IMG/VR virus record: IMGVR_UViG_3300045988_052780
From: a virus
Direction: 5' to 3' (one strand)
DNA: 64,000 bases
The position numbers and the translations under genes are program-made. The notes beneath the pieces were generated by a model. It was not told where the DNA came from and made no database searches. It saw nothing but the letters and a program-made list of their open reading frames with translations. Of this stretch, positions 10,308 to 21,105 are shown piece after piece. How positions within the stretch are numbered: the first letter of the stretch is position 1; the number at the start of each line of letters is the position of its first letter.

Positions 10308-13300
10308 ATGGCATGTACTAACTTTGACATAGGGCAACACAGACTTGATGCTGAGGTTGCTCTAAGAAGTACAGTATTAAAGTTTAGGAAAGAGCCAGTA
10401 ATATCTACTGCTAATTTCATAGACGACTTCTACAACAGTTTGAAGAATACTGGACTATTTAACCTGGAGAGCGAGGCAGAATATGTCTCGCTTTCTGAGG
10501 TTCTAGAAGATTTTGTTAAAACATCCAGAAGATTAACAGATGCACAGAAGGAACAATTATTAGCTGAATATGCTGTACCGTTAAGTTCCAAATTCAGTAT
10601 TAATCCGGAAACCTCTACAGTAGAGGAAGTTGACAAGAGTCTTGTCATTAAAGACGAACCTGAGGACATTCAAGTAATTGAAGAACCATTGGAGAGAAGA
10701 GTTGCAACTCCATCCATTAGTGATATTTACGGTTCTGCTTCTGTAGTTAAGGAGTATATGCTGAATCAGTTTAGGTATAATATTATAGAAGCATCATTAG
10801 TTAATTTTGCCGACGGTAGACTTATTAAGAGCAATGATGATTTAAATGTTTATATTGCTAAATACAAGAATACCTTATTTAAGAAATTAGTCGACTATAT
10901 TAAATTAGCTAATTCTGAAGAAGGTATAGAAACTGATGCATCTATACTAGATACTATTTACCTAGATGGAATTCCTAATGTAGAGAATATGCAGAAGGTT
11001 CTGGATGCCGCTTCTAGTATATTTGAAAACATATCTAAATCTGCGTTAGACAGTGCATTCGTATCTAAGAAGAGAAACATAGAAGGATTCTATAAGAATC
11101 AGATGTTAGTGGATGGATTCAATGCATGGGCTGTTCTATCTAACGGTAACTTCGATACTATTCTTAAAAGCTTATTCGGAAAGAATATGGAAATTAGGAA
11201 TAGGGGATATGTAGGAATAGAACTACCTGTGAGCACTAATAAATACCAATTTAGATCTGGTTCTAATATGGTTAAAACATGGAGAACTAATGAGAATGTA
11301 GATGCATTATCTGAAATAGGTAATGTGTCTAGATTACTTATTGAACAAACTCCTGTAATTAATCATGTTACTGGAGAGCAGATAGGTGACAAGTATTTAA
11401 ATTTGAAACAATTCGTTCACTCTTTTAGCAAGATTAAAGACGAATACAACTTTATGTTCTTTGGGGAGAGACTACAGGATTTAGTTTTAAATTTACATTC
11501 CGCCCCTAATTATTACTTAGGAGAAATTCTTAAGGAAATATTAAATAGTGATACTAGGTCTAAGGTATTCCAAGTAAACGATCTTAACGTATTTAAATCT
11601 ATCTATGATAAGTTCTATAACAAAGATAAATTCAACTCTTTATATAATATTGCAAATAGAGACTATCTTACTTCTAAAGCTATCACTACTTACGATTTGT
11701 TAGATTCTATATCTGGAGTTGTAGATAGAACTAACAATGCCAGATATGTAGAATATGCTCTTAATAGTGATACTAGAGATTTGGATAGTTCTGAAATTAA
11801 GCAATCTAATGTAAATAGACGTAAAATACAGAGAGAGAATGATATTGATATTGCTAACGAACTTATGGCAGATAGAACTGGCCTATTAAATAGGTGGGGA
11901 ATATCTGTTAGTAACGCTACTACTGGCGACGTCTCTTTTACTTTACCATATAAAGGAGAAAAGGTTACTGTAATTTATAACAGCAATGCAGTTAGTAGTA
12001 AAGGACAAAGAAAGCTTGAATTATCAAACTCTGATATCGTTAAATTTGGAAGGCTAAATACTATATTAGAAGAACCTTCATTTACTAAGTTAAAAGCTAT
12101 ATATGAAGAGAACAATCCACAGGTACTTACTGATGGAGAAAGATTATATGTATCTTTAATAGAATTTATAGATGACTTTGCTAATACAGGATTCTTAAGA
12201 GGTAATGTAGATTTACTAGCTGCATTTAGAAATGTAAATGAAGCTAATAATCTTGATTATCTTGATAAATTAGTAGCTGTTGCAAGCAGTTCTGCATTTG
12301 TTAATACAGTATATGATGGATATGAAAATAATCCTGAGAATTTATCATTACGTTCGTATATAGAAACTCTGAACTATTACAATGAGAAGTTAGGAGATAA
12401 TAATGAAAGGTTCTACTACGATAAAGCCTCAAACTCATTAAAGGCTATTAGACCTAATTTAATTAATATACTTAATGATATTGTAGCAGCTGAACAGGTA
12501 GTAACTGGAGAAATATATAAGTCAGTTATTAAGAATGCTGAAGGTAATAATATACCTAACAGCAGGATTGCTAACTTAGCTGGACTGACTAGGAGCTACG
12601 TTAAAAAGCATATACTTGATAATCCTAGTTCTGCTTTAAAGAATACGCTATTTGGACGAAATCCTAATATGCTAATGGGAACTTCCATAAAAACTGATGT
12701 AGTTAGTAGAAATGGAATAAAGAAGAGTGCTACTAAGTTCTCGGTTGCAGAAATAGGATATTCTTCGTTAGTATATGACTTCTATGGAAACTTATTAAGA
12801 CCAAAGAATGGCAATGCACCTGTAACTATCAATGTACAACCTACTGTATATTCCGATAAGGGAACATTTGTAATGTGGAAGCTTGGTGTAGATAAGATAG
12901 ATGTACTTGATGAGAATGGTAAGCCATTACTTATTAATTTACTTACTTCACCTACTAAAGACATTATTAGTGCTATCAAAGGAACTGTAGGAACTTACTA
13001 TAAGGAAGTATTCAATAATGTATTGGGTGACTATAAAGAAGTATACAGACAATCTTTAGAGACATACTTACAAAGATTGCAGGCTATTAATCCTGAGGCT
13101 GCAAACAGAATACTATCTAAACAGAGTAAAGTAGATGCTGAGAATGCTAAAATAGCTAAACATAATGAATCTCTAGATTCAGAAAGAAACAGACTGTTAC
13201 AAGCATTAGATGCAGCACAAGCAGCTGGTGATTTTATGGATGCTAGTAGCATAGTAGATGCTTTAGACTCTCTTGATATTAAAGAACCAGTTTCATTAGT

Positions 13301-16300
13301 AGATGTACTTGACTACCAAGACTTTACTAATTTATTAGCAGTTACTACATCAGGTGAGTACACTAATATGTCTTATGCTGCTGGAGTCCCTAATATTGAT
13401 AACGTTCACACTAATACAGGAGGGTCATTTGAACTCAATGGCAAAACTAAGAAAGGCCTGATTCCTAATAAACTTTTAAACTTCCTTGCTACAGAAATGT
13501 ATGCTAAAGAGGATGTGTTTAACAAAGCTATGCTTAGAGAACGTAAGAAGTTTGTTAAGGACATGATTGACAATAATATGTCATTCCCTTTAGTATATGC
13601 CAACGGACGTAGTAATACAGTTCTTAGAAAGGCTGCGGATAAGTTATTAGGAGCTGATAAAAGACTATGGGTAAATGAGAATACTCAAGAACTTATATTA
13701 GCTAAACAGGGTAATACTAATATTACTAGACTATCTGATTTAGATAGTAATTGGTTAAGAGATGATGTAGAAATTACTCTAAATCCTCTAATTGAAAGGT
13801 ACTTTGTAGCTGATTTCTTAACATCAGAGAACCTTAGACTAGTAACTACTGGTAGTAGCATTGCACATCCAAATAAAGCTAAATATGGTAGTTTAGATCC
13901 TGACTCATTTAACGGAATAGAAATGGAACACTCTTCTAGAGAACTTGCTGAGTTAAAACGTAATGTGATTGTACCAGCTACATTACAGTATCTACATCAG
14001 AATAGTTTGACTGGAGTACCACCCTGGTATAGAATAGCTGTAATGAGTGATGTCGGAGCTCCTGTATATAACTTTAAAGGTGAAATTGCAGAAGTGGATG
14101 CACATGACGGTTCTGCATGGTGTAATCCTATTATGTCTTATTTGGAGAACTTATCATTACAAGATTCATCTGTAGGAGAAGATAAGAAACCTATTGGACA
14201 TGATTATAATGGAAGATATGGTACAGCAGCTTTATTAAAGTTTGCTACCTTCTCTGCTTACAATGAAAGGCTTCGTCAATCATTAACATCAGACATTAAA
14301 TTATATAATTTATTCAAGAAGATGTCTGATTTTAAATGGAGTGAATCAACAGCTGATTGGGATGTTCCTGCTAATGTAGACCTTACTGTAAATTTATTTG
14401 GTCAGCCAATGACTCTAAGAGATGTCACTGGAGGTGATAGAATATTTTACAGAGACGGTAACAATCATTATGAGATACTAGGACTAGACAAAGTAGGAAA
14501 TGGACTGTATAATATTAGTAAGCAGTTGGTAGATATAAATGGAAATCCAATACAAGCAGTAGGTGCCGCTAATGTATTAATTGATACTAACGTTCCAATT
14601 AATTCTTTATTTGAATTACATGCTGCTTTAGGAGGAGTTTATAGTGAATCACTTAGAGATGGAGAACTTGCATATAGCGATGCTTCATTAGCCGTAACTG
14701 CTACTTATGTTAATAATATAGGACAGTATAAAGCCAATGGAGACATACCTACTCAACGCAATACCAACCAGCCACTCAAATATAAAATGATTGCTTACTT
14801 AGTTAATAAGTCTGCAATCAAAGTGGGAGCTCAAAATATAAATCCAGATAGCTCTTGGTATGATGATTCTCCATTAATGACAATGCACTTTAATACTGAT
14901 GGCTTAGGTATGCAGATGGATGCTGACCACGTAGTTACCGACCCAGAACATCAGTCAACAATGACCGAGTTCTCTCAGGTAATTTCAGCTCTTGAATCTA
15001 TGGGATTTACTCATGATATGGCTAAGAATGCATATAAAAGCTTAGGTAAAGTTGCATTAGCTTCTATAGGTAATATTAAAGAAGCTGTATATGTTCTTAC
15101 TGGAATAAAACCTACTGATAATCCTGATGTTAAATCAGACTTGTATGAGATATTTGGTAAAGCTATTATTAAGGAATTAAATAAGAACAGCGATGAATTA
15201 GGAACTGCCAAAACTATCATTCAGAAAGCTAAGGAGGAGTTTGCTTTAGATAGGAAACGTAGAACTTCACATGGAGCTGACGCTTATAAGATTCCTTATA
15301 GTGATCCTTCTATATTTGCTAAGGCTTTATCTACATTTACGTCCAACATCAATAAGACTGCTATTAAAAGAAAGTTCCCAGGTATGGGTGCTGTTATGGC
15401 TCCTGGATATAATATCATACAGGTACATAGAATTGGAGGGCAGAATTATAGATATGACGATTTATATCGAATTGCAGCTGATGAAGGAATATCAGTAGAT
15501 GAATACTTACAAAGAGAGCAGGCTAAAATTGAATCTGAACCAGCTAATTCTATTGATAGATTACTACCTGGAGATAGAATTAAAATACCTATCCAAGAAG
15601 TGGCTAGTGTAGTTGCCAAGATTAATAGTGACGCTACTAGAAATAAAAAGTTTGCCGAATTAGAAGTTGGCAAGTATACTAGACTAGTAGATCAAGCTAA
15701 TAGAGGAGACGGTGAAGGGGTTGAACTATCTAAGGCTCAAGATAACCTTAATAAGGCACTGTCTAAGTTAGAGAGACTAAATAGAGATATAGCATTAACT
15801 GTACCTCAGTTCTTGGAAGATAATGGATGGAAACTCGAAGGAGAGTATATGTTAGTATATGTAAACGATTATGATTCTTATAATTTCGTCAAGAAGAATT
15901 TCTCTACATTTTATACTGACATTACTAGACCTACAGACTTGAAACCTGCCGAAATATACTGGGATGATGCAACTGGCAAGAGACATAGTATATTCGATAT
16001 GCCAGCAATACAAGCATCGTTTACTGAACGTAAGAAGTATAAGAAGCTTCCTAAAGAAATAGGAGCTAAATTACAGGCTGATGTTCAGAATACATTCATG
16101 TTGCTAGATAAAGGGTATATGACTGCTACTGAAGATATGTTATTGGAATATAATCAAGATCCAGTAGCATTTAGCAAGAAATACGTTCCGGAAGGTAGAT
16201 ACTTAATGGAACTGCCTAATGGTAATATAGCTATTCCAATTCAAAATCTAGTTAATAATCCTGCTGAATTAGTAATTAGTAAGTTATATGTTAATCAATT

Positions 16301-17078
16301 TAATTTAGGTCCTAATGATAGTATTAATGATGTACTTACACAAGGATACCAATTCTTCGTTAATAAGTATGATAAATATCATACTCCTAAAACTAAATTA
16401 TTTGATATAGCATTTACTAGAGGAAGTGGTAAACACGTATATATTGCATTTAATACATCTACTACTATCATAGATAAGCTATCAGCTAATAAAACTCTTA
16501 CTGACGATGACTTCATGAGAGTTGGAGATAGTATCTTTAGAATAGATAAAGATGGCAATAAATTATATGAAAGCGGATATTACGATGCTGAAGGTAATTA
16601 TCATGAGTTGGTAACATCCTATAATGCGATTGATGGTAATTCTGTTGAAGAAGTTTTAGTTGTTAGTACTCCCGATAATGTAATGGATATTTATAAAACT
16701 GACGATTTTGATTCCATTAAAATTAGTCAATATATTAAAGACAAGGCAACATTACAAGGAGTTATAGAACAGGGTAAGGACAGAAGTGACAGATTATTGA
16801 AAGGATTATATGACACATATACTAAAGCATTAGTTAAAGATGATTTTAGCGTATCTAAAATAGCTTATGAACTAGAGGCTTTAGAGAAATCTAGAAAGAT
16901 TACTGCTGCTAAGAAGAAGTTTGTATCATTCCAGAAATCTCTTGAATTTACTGTAGCTCGTATTCCGGCACAGACTATGCAATCATTTATGAAGATGAAA
17001 GCAGTAGCATTTAATGATTCTGATAAGAATGTGGTACATGTATCTCACTGGCAAACTTGGCTACAGGGAAGTGACTAT
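10308..17078 (+). CDS. giant protein, exon 1 (2257 codons); continues in exon 2 after a group I intron
   Basis: The ORF runs to TGA at 17079-81. The last exon nucleotides GACTAT (17073-78) can pair with intron guide sequence GTAGTC (17121-26), giving a U.G wobble at the splice site. No motifs recognised. Confidence 0.6.
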
Positions 17079-18152
17079 TGACCTAATTTTAACTGTTTAG
17101 TTAGGTGACATATTAATATTGTAGTCACTATAATAAATCTCGTGAATTGACGGGGAACTCCTTAGAGCTTAACCTACTAAACTAGAGTAGTAATACATCT
17201 AGTGGCGGCAATTAACTATTGTTGGTAAAGTAAAAAAGGTTAAGATTGGACAATCCGCAGCTAAGCATCCTAGATAAATATTTGGATAATAAGACTAGTT
17301 AATTGACAAAAGTTTTAATATCTTTGTGTTTATAAGGATGAAAGTTCATCGACTATCCCGTAAGGGAGTAGGAACTTTTATCTAATGTTTAACTCAAAAT
17401 ATTAGGTAAATGGCTAGAAGAATAACAAAGAAACTTAGTAAAGAACAAAAGAGCCTACTTATAGGCCTTCTTTTAGGAGATGGAACAATATCTAGTAATT
17501 ATGTATTCAAGCTAAGTCATTCTGAAGCTCAAAGAGAGTTTCTAGAATGGAAGATAGACTTATTAAACAAGTTTGGGTTTAAGAACAATGGTGTTAAGGA
17601 GTATATATCAACATGTGGATATAATAAAGGAAACAAAGTTTTATACTCTCAGATGTCACTTAACCCAACTATAAAAGCCTTAAGGAGAACAGTCTATACT
17701 CCTAAGAAACATATTACTAGAAGATTATTGAATTGGCTTACCCCTATCGGGTTAGCTATATGGTATATGGATGATGGTTGTATAAACGTAAATACTTCAA
17801 AACAGCGTAGCTCAATACAACATACAATCAAAATAGCTACGTGTGTTGATTTAGATACAGCTCAAGTAGTAATTGATTATTTCAAAGAAGTTTGGGATGT
17901 GCAATTTAGACCTTTTAAAGAAGGAAAGGGAACTTATTCTATTGCTAGTTCCACTGAATCTGATTGTGCAGCGTTCATACAAATTATACGTCCATATATA
18001 GAACAGGTTCCATCATTACTCTATAAAATTAGAGATAACTTTACTAAAGAAGAATTTATAGCACAGCAGAAAGCTGGTTCCGAAGTGCGAGACACTCTAG
18101 AGATAGAGTGATGATATAGTCAGTCTCATATTGAAAGGTATGAGGTTAAACG
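17079..18152 (+). mobile_element. group I self-splicing intron (T4 td/nrdB-like core) carrying a LAGLIDADG endonuclease ORF in the P8 region
   Basis: Conserved core elements are present. P is GAATTGACGGGGAACTCC (17144-61). Q is AATCCGCAGC (17252-61). R is GTTCATCGACTATCCC (17344-59). S is GATATAGTC (18113-21). A P9 hairpin CTCATA/TATGAG follows, then terminal G at 18152. P1/P10 pairing is consistent with splicing 17078|18153. Confidence 0.7.
17410..18111 (+). CDS. LAGLIDADG homing endonuclease (intron-encoded)
   Basis: Two LAGLIDADG motifs are present: LLIGLLLGDGTIS and LAIWYMDDGCINV. The ORF lies between the R and S core elements of the intron. Confidence 0.85.
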   Translation: MARRITKKLSKEQKSLLIGLLLGDGTISSNYVFKLSHSEAQREFLEWKIDLLNKFGFKNNGVKEYISTCGYNKGNKVLYSQMSLNPTIKALRRTVYTPKKHITRRLLNWLTPIGLAIWYMDDGCINVNTSKQRSSIQHTIKIATCVDLDTAQVVIDYFKEVWDVQFRPFKEGKGTYSIASSTESDCAAFIQIIRPYIEQVPSLLYKIRDNFTKEEFIAQQKAGSEVRDTLEIE

Positions 18153-21104
18153 GATATTGATAAAGCCTACGTAATGGGTTATGACTTTGATACTAATGGT
18201 AATTATATAGGATGGTCTCCATACTTCAATTTCAATTCTATAGAAGCTCTTAGAATGTCTGAAAGACTACCTACTCCTAATGGTAAACTATATGCATATA
18301 GTCATGCTCCTGGAGCTGTAGATATTACTAATTACGTGGAAATGCTTAATGAGGAGAATTTCTATAACCCAGAATCTCTACCAATCATAGCTGAGTTACT
18401 TACTGTAATTGATGATACTAACTTAGTAAGTTATACTGGGTCGGACACTAAGAATGCTGATTTTATTCTAAGCAGAATAAATAACCATTCTATGTACATG
18501 ACTGAAGAACGTGATGAGAACGGTAGAAGAGTAAAGAATGGTCGTCAGAAGATAAGAGCTATTAATACTTTGCCTGCATTTAGAAACTCTGTATCGGCTA
18601 GTATTAGTAACATTATTCAAGACCTAAAGAATATGACTCAGGCATATTCTCCAATTGAAATGGGAGATCCTCAAGCTGCTGCTGAGAATTCTACTTCTGG
18701 TAAGGAAGCTAACAAAATTACTCTTATGTCTCCTTCTGCTAAATGGGTAATGCAGATGCAGAATATGGATGGTAAACAGGTAATTGGTATTGCAGCTGTT
18801 GGTGAGAAAGTATTCTTTGCTAACTGTTATTATTTTAATGAAGGCATTAGAAGTGGAGATTCTAAGTGGATGAACAACATGTTCTTCTCTAATGTTTATA
18901 AAGGTATTCAGAGCAAGGTGTCAGAGGATGGCAAAATAATTACTGTAGATACCCTCAGAAACATAATGGCCAACATTAACTTTACTGATTTAGCTCCAGA
19001 GAAGAATTATTGGGAGAACCTAATTAGGACTGCTACTGAGCAACAATTAACTCAAGAAGATGTTTCTAGAGTTATTCAAGAGCAATTAGGAGTACAACCT
19101 GACCAATCATTGGTTATCTCAGCTTTACTATCTGCTGCAACCGATAATGCCAAGGAGTTGATTCTATCTAAAATTAATGCTGGTCCTAATCTAGCTGGTA
19201 TGTATTTACATATGATTATGTTAGGATTCAGTTTTAATGATATAGCAAAGAATCTAATGACTACACCTACAGTGCAGACGGTTAATGACTTGATGAAGGT
19301 TAACGTATTTGATGAATATCACGAAACAGCATCTGTTAACTCAGTAATTAGGTCATTAGAAGAAGGTCCTAATATTAGAAACTATTTAAATAATGACGGA
19401 CTGAAGGGATTATATGCTAGAGTGTCTGTTGATAATCCTGGAATGTTTGCCAAGAGAGGTGAGTGGATTCAAGAAATTAAAGATAGATTTGCTAATAATG
19501 GTAGCATCGAAGACATATTCCCTGCTAAGAACTTTAGAGAATTTAGATTCCTAGAGGAATATGAATACTTGTTGAAGATGAAGAGAAGGATAGATCCGGA
19601 CAAATTCACTGAATTTAAGAATATTAATTTTGATGCAAGAGAGACTGAACTTCTTGGTAGATTCTACGGGTTAAATCAAGGTATGCCAACTGATATTGCA
19701 GGTAAAATGGCAATGTTGAATACTTATGAATCAGCTATTACTAATAGGGAGCGTAAGTATCTAACTAGCAGTAATGGGTTTAATGTTGATGAACTAATTG
19801 TTAATGTATTGAAAGAGAAGCCATATTTAGAAGAAACTGCGGTCAGAAATATAGTTAAAGATGCGGTGTCTCAGAATATAGTAAATGGAGGTTTTAGTAT
19901 TAGAAAGTTCTTAGATCCAGTCAATAATGGCTACAGACAGACTACAATTGATTACTATAATATTATTAAGGGAACTTGGAACATATTTGACATGATTACT
20001 AAAATTCCTCATTTCAAAGCACTGTTTGATATTTATAATCTTACTGATACTTCTGACATAAATATAAGCACTAAGTTTAATCTGGTAAATTCCTACAGAG
20101 AAGCCCTTATTAAAGAGAATCCAGTTTACGGTAGAGCTGTTAAAAAGGAGCAATTAGCCGCATTAGCATCTCATACTGATAACGTTCTAATTAATAATTG
20201 GCTTACACGTAGAAACGTAGTATTTAGATTGGAAGAAGGGCAGGAATACATAGGATCCGACATGACTATACACTCAGCTGGTCCTGGTGGAGAAGTATTT
20301 AATTTGTCTACTAATGAGGGAATTGCTAACTTTAAAATGTGGATGGAAAGAGAGGTAATTCCTGCATTAAAGAACGGAGTTGTAGGTAATAAAAGAGTAA
20401 GATCCTTACTTATTAATAGCTTCATACAGGGATTAAGTAGAAACAGAAGATTAGATCCATTTACTAGATCTAATGTAACTTATATGAAGTTGCCAATTAA
20501 TATGTTAAGTACTGAAACAGATCCAGTATTTAGTAGATACCAAAGAGACTTTGCTGCTCTTAAGAAGATAGAACTTCAAGGAGTATCTTTAACAGATTGG
20601 TTCTTTTTGTATAATCTAGTAGTTAATAAGAATCAGTACGGTGCTGACAGATTAACTTCCCTATTTAATACAATAGATGGAGTTGATGTTAGTGATATGT
20701 TAACTGACTTTCATAATTATGTAGGTAACGCTGACTACTGGCTTGATGTTAACATGGACTCATTCTCACTGGAGGATGCCCTTATTAGGATGGCACCTAT
20801 AGTAAGTGAGAGTTCTAAAGGTAGAGCTAGGGATAAATACATTAGAATTAAAGACGATGATACAGGTAGATTATTTCTATATATGAGAAGCGGAGATGAC
20901 TACTATATGGTAGATGAAGTACCAAATATGGAAGATGAGGATTCATTAAGGTTACGTGACAATTACTTCGTAATAAATACTCCTAACCAGAGTAACAGAA
21001 TGAAGGAATTAGTAATTAACTTTTCCGAATCACTTAATACCTTAATAGGTAAGATCAAAAGTCTAATGAGACGTAATACTATACAAATGAGAATCAAGTG
21101 TTAA
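18153..21104 (+). CDS. giant protein, exon 2 (983 codons); spliced product about 3240 aa
   Basis: The frame is open from 18150. Exon 2 begins GATATT directly after G18152, which matches the P10 pairing with TATT upstream of the guide sequence. The predicted junction is ...QGSDY|DIDKAYVMGYDFD.... The ATG at 18174 in the ORF track is probably not a real start. Confidence 0.6.
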   Translation, partial: DIDKAYVMGYDFDTNGNYIGWSPYFNFNSIEALRMSERLPTPNGKLYAYSHAPGAVDITNYVEMLNEENFYNPESLPIIAELLTVIDDTNLVSYTGSDTKNADFILSRINNHSMYMTEERDENGRRVKNGRQKIRAINTLPAFRNSVSASISNIIQDLKNMTQAYSPIEMGDPQAAAENSTSGKEANKITLMSPSAKWVMQMQNMDGKQVIGIAAVGEKVFFANCYYFNEGIRSGDSKWMNNMFFSNVYKGIQSKVSEDGKIITVDTLRNIMANINFTDLAPEKNYWENLIRTATEQQLTQEDVSRVIQEQLGVQPDQSLVISALLSAATDNAKELILSKINAGPNLAGMYLHMIMLGFSFNDIAKNLMTTPTVQTVNDLMKVNVFDEYHETASVNSVIRSLEEGPNIRNYLNNDGLKGLYARVSVDNPGMFAKRGEWIQEIKDRFANNGSIEDIFPAKNFREFRFLEEYEYLLKMKRRIDPDKFTEFKNINFDARETELLGRFYGLNQGMPTDIAGKMAMLNTYESAITNRERKYLTSSNGFNVDELIVNVLKEKPYLEETAVRNIVKDAVSQNIVNGGFSIRKFLDPVNNGYRQTTIDYYNIIKGTWNIFDMITKIPHFKALFDIYNLTDTSDINISTKFNLVNSYREALIKENPVYGRAVKKEQLAALASHTDNVLINNWLTRRNVVFRLEEGQEYIGSDMTIHSAGPGGEVFNLSTNEGIANFKMWMEREVIPALKNGVVGNKRVRSLLINSFIQGLSRNRRLDPFTRSNVTYMKLPINMLSTETDPVFSRYQRDFAALKKIELQGVSLTDWFFLYNLVVNKNQYGADRLTSLFNTIDGVDVSDMLTDFHNYVGNADYWLDVNMDSFSLEDALIRMAPIVSESSKGRARDKYIRIKDDDTGRLFLYMRSGDDYYMVDEVPNMEDEDSLRLRDNYFVINTPNQSNRMKELVINFSESLNTLIGKIKSLMRRNTIQMRIKC

Positions 21105-21105
21105 T

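Noticed and set aside
17082-17409. The 330 nt non-coding stretch after the 2257-codon ORF, as a possible promoter or tRNA region
   Set aside because: It contains the group I intron P, Q and R core elements in order. No cloverleaf or tRNA-like structure is evident. It is interpreted as intron core rather than intergenic regulatory DNA.
10308-21104. Search for the RNA polymerase catalytic motif (NADFDGD or DxDGD) in the giant proteins
   Set aside because: Only loose resemblances were seen (EVDAHDGS, DFFDSDGLD). No clean DxDGD motif was found by eye, so a virion RNAP call is not supported. The idea is kept as a hypothesis in the findings, not as a feature.
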